Source: an uncultured Acidobacteriota bacterium (GTDB taxonomy: Bacteria; Actinomycetota; Acidimicrobiia; Spongiisociales; ZC4RG35). Taken from it: a stretch of 64,000 nucleotides of DNA. The notes under the pieces are model-generated. The model was given only the letters and a program-made list of their open reading frames with translations. It was not told the origin of the DNA and did no database searches. The position numbers and the translations under genes are program-made. Position 1 is the first letter of the stretch. Each line of letters opens with the position of its first letter. The stretch lies in contig CAWHEU010000021.1 in the NCBI GenBank assembly GCA_963828465.1, positions 79,489 through 143,488 on the forward strand. Reading direction: 5' to 3'. Below are positions 60,135-64,000 of the stretch, piece after piece.

Positions 60135-61651
60135 CAGCTCACCGCCGTCATCTGTGCCCTGGTCGGATCGATCAGGGTGCGGTGCTCCTGCATCGGATCG
60201 GGCTCCGGGTAATCGGCCCGGTAATGCCCGCCCCTCGACTCGGAGCGCCGAAGCGCGGCCAGGATGACCATCAGCGACAGCTCGAGGGCGACCCGACCGG
60301 CGATGGTCCGACGTAGGACGGAATCCAGCTCGAGCAGGTGGCTCCTCGCCTCCCAGAGACCCGGGCCGGTGCGCACGAGGCCGACCCGGTCCCACATGAT
60401 CTGACGGAGGTCCTCCAGAGCGGGCCCGGCCACCAACGGCAGGTCGAAGGCTTCCTTGGGAGCGAACGGCTCTCCGTCGGGCGTCACCAGCGACGTCGCC
60501 ACATCGGCCGACGTCCGCGCTCCGAAGACGAGGCCCTCCAACAGGGAGTTGGAGGCGAGCCGGTTGGCTCCGTGCACACCGGTCGAGCTGGCCTCGCCCA
60601 CGGCCCACAGACCCGGGACCGACGTTCGCCCGTTGGCATCGGCATCGATCCCGCCCATGTAATAGTGGGCGGCCGGCGATACCGGCAGCAGGTGCTCGGA
60701 GGGGTCGAGCTCGACGGAGTGGGCGTGAGCGTTGACGGTGGGGAACCGATCCGCGAAGTCGACGATCGATCTCGCATCGAGGTAGGCGCCGCCCAAACCC
60801 CGGTCGTATTGCCAGAAAATGGCCCGCGCCACGATGTCCCGCGGGGCCAACTCGGCCATGGGGTGGTACTGGGGCATGAAACGGCGGCCGTGGGCGTCGA
60901 CGAGGATGGCTCCTTCGCCGCGGAGGGCCTCGGTCAGCAGCGGCATTGGGTCTTTGCCGACATGAAGGGCGGTCGGGTGGAACTGCACGAACTCGAGATC
61001 GGCCAGACGCGCCCCGGCCCGCCCTGCCATGGCTATGCCGTCTCCTGTCACCCCGGGCGGGTTGGTGGTCTGGGAGTAGATCCTCCCCGCACCACCGGTG
61101 GCGAGCACCACTGCCGGGGCGAGAAGCACCTCCCGTTTTTTCCCCTCGCTGGTGACCACCCCGATCACTCGGTCTCCGGCCATGACCAGGTCGATGGCCC
61201 GCCGTTGGATGACGGTCACCCGGTCGCCGGCTTCCACGGCGGCGATGAGCGCACGCATGACCTCGGCGCCGGTTGCATCCCCGTCGGCATGCAGGACGCG
61301 ACGGGTCCGATGCCCTCCCTCACGGGCGAGCATGAGCTCCCCGTCCTCGTCACGATCGAATTGGGCGCCGATCGCGATGAGGTTCTCGACCGCCGCCGGG
61401 CCCCCGTGGGTCAGGAGGTCGACCACCCGCTCGACTCCCAGTCCACCGGAAACACTGAGAGTGTCATCGGCGTGCTGACGTGGTGAGTCATCGGGTGACC
61501 AGGCGACGGCGATACCCCCCTGGGCCCACCACGTGGATCCCATGTCCTGGGTGGTGAGCACGTAGGCCCGGGGCAGCCCGAGCGCCACCGTCAAGCCAGC
61601 GACGCCGGCGCCAACGACAAGCGGGGCGTCGAGCCGGGCGATCTCGGTCAT
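60134..61651 (-). CDS. nadB: L-aspartate oxidase
   Basis: GAGVAG, AQGGIA, EGGH..RR.LH.DGDATG, QFHPT, TEALRGEGA, HYYMGG, HGANRLASNSLLE. Confidence 0.95.
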   Translation of the reverse strand: MTEIARLDAPLVVGAGVAGLTVALGLPRAYVLTTQDMGSTWWAQGGIAVAWSPDDSPRQHADDTLSVSGGLGVERVVDLLTHGGPAAVENLIAIGAQFDRDEDGELMLAREGGHRTRRVLHADGDATGAEVMRALIAAVEAGDRVTVIQRRAIDLVMAGDRVIGVVTSEGKKREVLLAPAVVLATGGAGRIYSQTTNPPGVTGDGIAMAGRAGARLADLEFVQFHPTALHVGKDPMPLLTEALRGEGAILVDAHGRRFMPQYHPMAELAPRDIVARAIFWQYDRGLGGAYLDARSIVDFADRFPTVNAHAHSVELDPSEHLLPVSPAAHYYMGGIDADANGRTSVPGLWAVGEASSTGVHGANRLASNSLLEGLVFGARTSADVATSLVTPDGEPFAPKEAFDLPLVAGPALEDLRQIMWDRVGLVRTGPGLWEARSHLLELDSVLRRTIAGRVALELSLMVILAALRRSESRGGHYRADYPEPDPMQEHRTLIDPTRAQMTAVS

Positions 61652-61663
61652 CGGAGGTGGCCT

Positions 61664-62632
61664 CTAGTCCTTACGACCGACCTCGAGCATGCGCATCACC
61701 GCTTGCCGGGCCCGATCCGCCACCTCAGGCGCGATCTCGACCTGATGGGTGAGAGTGGCCAGAGAGGTCCGGATGTTGTCGAGGGTGATCCGCTTCATGT
61801 AGGGGCAGAGGTTGCAGGGCCGCACATACTCCGTGTCAGGAGTCTCCCGCGCCACGTTGTCGGCCATCGAGCACTCGGTGATCATCATCACGCGGCTCGG
61901 CTGACGGGTGGTGACCCAGTCGATCATTGCATGAGTGGATCCGACGAAATCGGCCTCGGCCAGCACGTCCGGCGGGCACTCGGGGTGGGCGATCACCGGG
62001 ATGTCGCCATATGCCTTTCGGTAGTCGGCGATCTCCTCTCCGGTGAACCGTTCGTGGACGATGCACGAGCCCTCCCAGATGATCACGTCGACATCGGTCT
62101 GGGTGGCGACCCATCGACCGAGGTACTGGTCGGGAGTGAAGATGACCCGGTCCACCCCGAGCGACTCCACCACGGCCACGGCGTTGGACGAAGTGCACGT
62201 GATGTCCGACTCTGCCTTGACCTCGGCCGAGGTGTTGACATATGTGACCACCGGCACGCCCGGGTACTGCTCCCTGAGATTGCGGACATCGGCCCCGGTG
62301 ATGCCGTCGGCCAACGAGCACCCTGCCTCGAGATCCGGGATCAGGACGGTCTTGCTGGGGTTGATGATCTTGGCGGTCTCGGCCATGAAATGGACCCCGG
62401 CGAGCACGATGACTTCGGCTTCGGTGTCCAGCGCCAGCTGGGCGAGGGCGAGGGAGTCCCCGGTGATGTCCGCCGCCAGGTGATAGATGTCAGGCGTCAT
62501 GTAGTTGTGGGCGGCGACGATGGCGTTCCGCTCCACTTTGAGCCGTTCGATGTCGTCGAGGATCGGGGCGAGCGCGGCCACTTCCTCTTCCGGCAGGACA
62601 TCGGACGAACGTGTGATCTGGAGGGTGGTCAT
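61664..62632 (-). CDS. nadA: Quinolinate synthase
   Basis: AHNY, GDSLAL, GVHFMAETAK, AGCSLA, YVNTSA, C.VH, HPEC, CPYMK. Confidence 0.96.
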   Translation of the reverse strand: MTTLQITRSSDVLPEEEVAALAPILDDIERLKVERNAIVAAHNYMTPDIYHLAADITGDSLALAQLALDTEAEVIVLAGVHFMAETAKIINPSKTVLIPDLEAGCSLADGITGADVRNLREQYPGVPVVTYVNTSAEVKAESDITCTSSNAVAVVESLGVDRVIFTPDQYLGRWVATQTDVDVIIWEGSCIVHERFTGEEIADYRKAYGDIPVIAHPECPPDVLAEADFVGSTHAMIDWVTTRQPSRVMMITECSMADNVARETPDTEYVRPCNLCPYMKRITLDNIRTSLATLTHQVEIAPEVADRARQAVMRMLEVGRKD

Positions 62633-62712
62633 GGGCTCTCCCGCTAGGCGAATTCAGTGTAGGAGAGGCCCGTGTGCAGGGAGCCACCGCCAGGGATGGG
62701 CCGATGCACACG
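62633..62712 (-). promoter_or_regulatory. Two tandem hairpins between icd and nadA; the second covers the nadA RBS and encloses a TACACT -10-like element
   Basis: CGTGTGCA...TGCACACG (62671-78 / 62705-12); GGGCCUCUCC...GGGAGAGCCC directly before AUG. Confidence 0.5.
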
Positions 62713-62718
62713 ACTCCG

Positions 62719-63921
62719 CTACATGTGGCCGATCACCGCGTCGCCGAACTCGGAGGTCTTGACCTCGGTGGCGTCGTTGGTGAGACGAGCGAAGTCGTAG
62801 GTAACCGTCCTGGCCTTGATCGCTCCCTCCAGGCCCTGGATGATCAGATCCGCCGCCTCGGTCCAACCCAGATAGCGGAACATCATCTCCCCGGAGAGGA
62901 TCACCGATCCCGGGTTCACCTTGTCCTGATTCGCATATTTGGGGGCCGTGCCGTGAGTTGCCTCGAAAACGGCCACTCCGGTGTCGTAGTTGATGTTGCC
63001 TCCGGGGGCGATCCCGATGCCCCCCACCTGCGCGGCCAGGGCGTCCGAGATGTAGTCGCCATTCAGGTTGGTCGTGGCGATGACGTCGTAGTTGGCCGGG
63101 CGGGTGAGGACTTGCTGGAGCATGGCGTCGGCGATCACATCCTGGACCAGGAGCTTGTCTCCCGGCTCGCCACCGCTGTCCTCCCACGACACCGCCACGT
63201 CGGAGAACTCCTCTTTGACCAGCTCGTAGCCCCAGCTGCGGAAGGCCCCCTCGGTGAACTTCTGGATGTTTCCCTTGTGAACGAGGGTCACCGATCTGCG
63301 CCCGTTGGCCAGGGCATACTTGATCGCCGCCCGAACCAGGCGCTTGGAACCGGTGATCGAGATCGGCTTGAGGCCGATCCCGGAATCGGGGCGCACCTCC
63401 CACCCGTATTCCGACTTCACCCATTCGATGAGACGGGCAGAATCCTCCGTGTTGGCCTCCAGCTCGAGCCCGGCGTACACGTCTTCGGTGTTCTCCCGGA
63501 AGATCACCATGTCGACCTGACCCGGGTCCTTTACCGGCGAAGGCACTCCTTCGAACCAGCGCACGGGGCGAACGCAGGCGTAGAGGTCCATGATCTGCCG
63601 CAGGGCAACGTTGAGGGAGCGAATGCCACCTCCCACCGGAGTGGTCAGCGGCCCCTTGATCCCGACCAGCTGATCACGGAAGGCGTCGACGGTCTCGTCG
63701 GGCAGCCACGTCCCGGTCTCGGTGAAGGCCTTCTCCCCCGCCAGCACCTCCTTCCAGGCCACCGCTCGTTCGTCGCCGTAGGCGCCCTTGACTGCGGCGT
63801 CGAACACGCGTATCGAGGCCGCCCAGATATCCGGGCCGATCCCGTCACCCTCGATGAACGGGATGATCGGGTCATCGGGCACGACAAGACCGTCCGGGCC
63901 CATGGTGATCGACGTTGCCAT
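62719..63921 (-). CDS. icd: NADP-dependent isocitrate dehydrogenase
   Basis: [68 protein letters not shown]. Confidence 0.96.
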   Translation of the reverse strand: MATSITMGPDGLVVPDDPIIPFIEGDGIGPDIWAASIRVFDAAVKGAYGDERAVAWKEVLAGEKAFTETGTWLPDETVDAFRDQLVGIKGPLTTPVGGGIRSLNVALRQIMDLYACVRPVRWFEGVPSPVKDPGQVDMVIFRENTEDVYAGLELEANTEDSARLIEWVKSEYGWEVRPDSGIGLKPISITGSKRLVRAAIKYALANGRRSVTLVHKGNIQKFTEGAFRSWGYELVKEEFSDVAVSWEDSGGEPGDKLLVQDVIADAMLQQVLTRPANYDVIATTNLNGDYISDALAAQVGGIGIAPGGNINYDTGVAVFEATHGTAPKYANQDKVNPGSVILSGEMMFRYLGWTEAADLIIQGLEGAIKARTVTYDFARLTNDATEVKTSEFGDAVIGHM

Positions 63922-64000
63922 TGAGACTCCCTGGAAAATTGGTAGGAAACGCCGAGGTTAGCTGTGCCCCATCTCCCGGATTCCAGAGCCCCTTGGCTAG

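Noticed and set aside
1-64000. CRISPR array, integrase, transposase or prophage
   Set aside because: No regularly spaced repeats and no recognisable recombinase, DDE or phage structural motifs

Overview
High-GC bacterial chromosome segment. Gene content (WhiB, Bpa proteasome activator, CofC, DUF222-HNH, ECF42-type promoter, many leaderless TANNNT starts) points to an actinobacterium, probably Acidimicrobiia; this is inference, no search was run. Most of the window is housekeeping: ppdK, meaB, nfu, murA, rpiB, gltX, ilvE, rnhA, hppA, sdhCAB, mdh, nadABC, icd and three tRNAs (Glu-TTC, Glu-CTC, Gln-CTG). Accessory content: a monoderm Tad/Flp pilus operon (32.3-38.5 kb) with a 59-aa Flp pilin missed by the ORF track; two diverged tandem TadE-TadE-TadG cassettes (50.7-56.2 kb); a circularly permuted ATP-grasp/alpha-E/transglutaminase operon near bpa; and two solitary HNH genes. 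At least eight genes carry small indels, most likely read or assembly errors. No CRISPR array, integrase or transposase was seen. Best leads: (1) cofC overlapping a glycerate-2-kinase-family gene, a candidate supplier of the F420 phospho-acid; (2) duplicated Cys-rich Tad tip cassettes; (3) a DUF222-HNH gene flanked by two diverged copies of the 3' end of its upstream neighbour; (4) a tandem-hairpin leader covering the nadA RBS.
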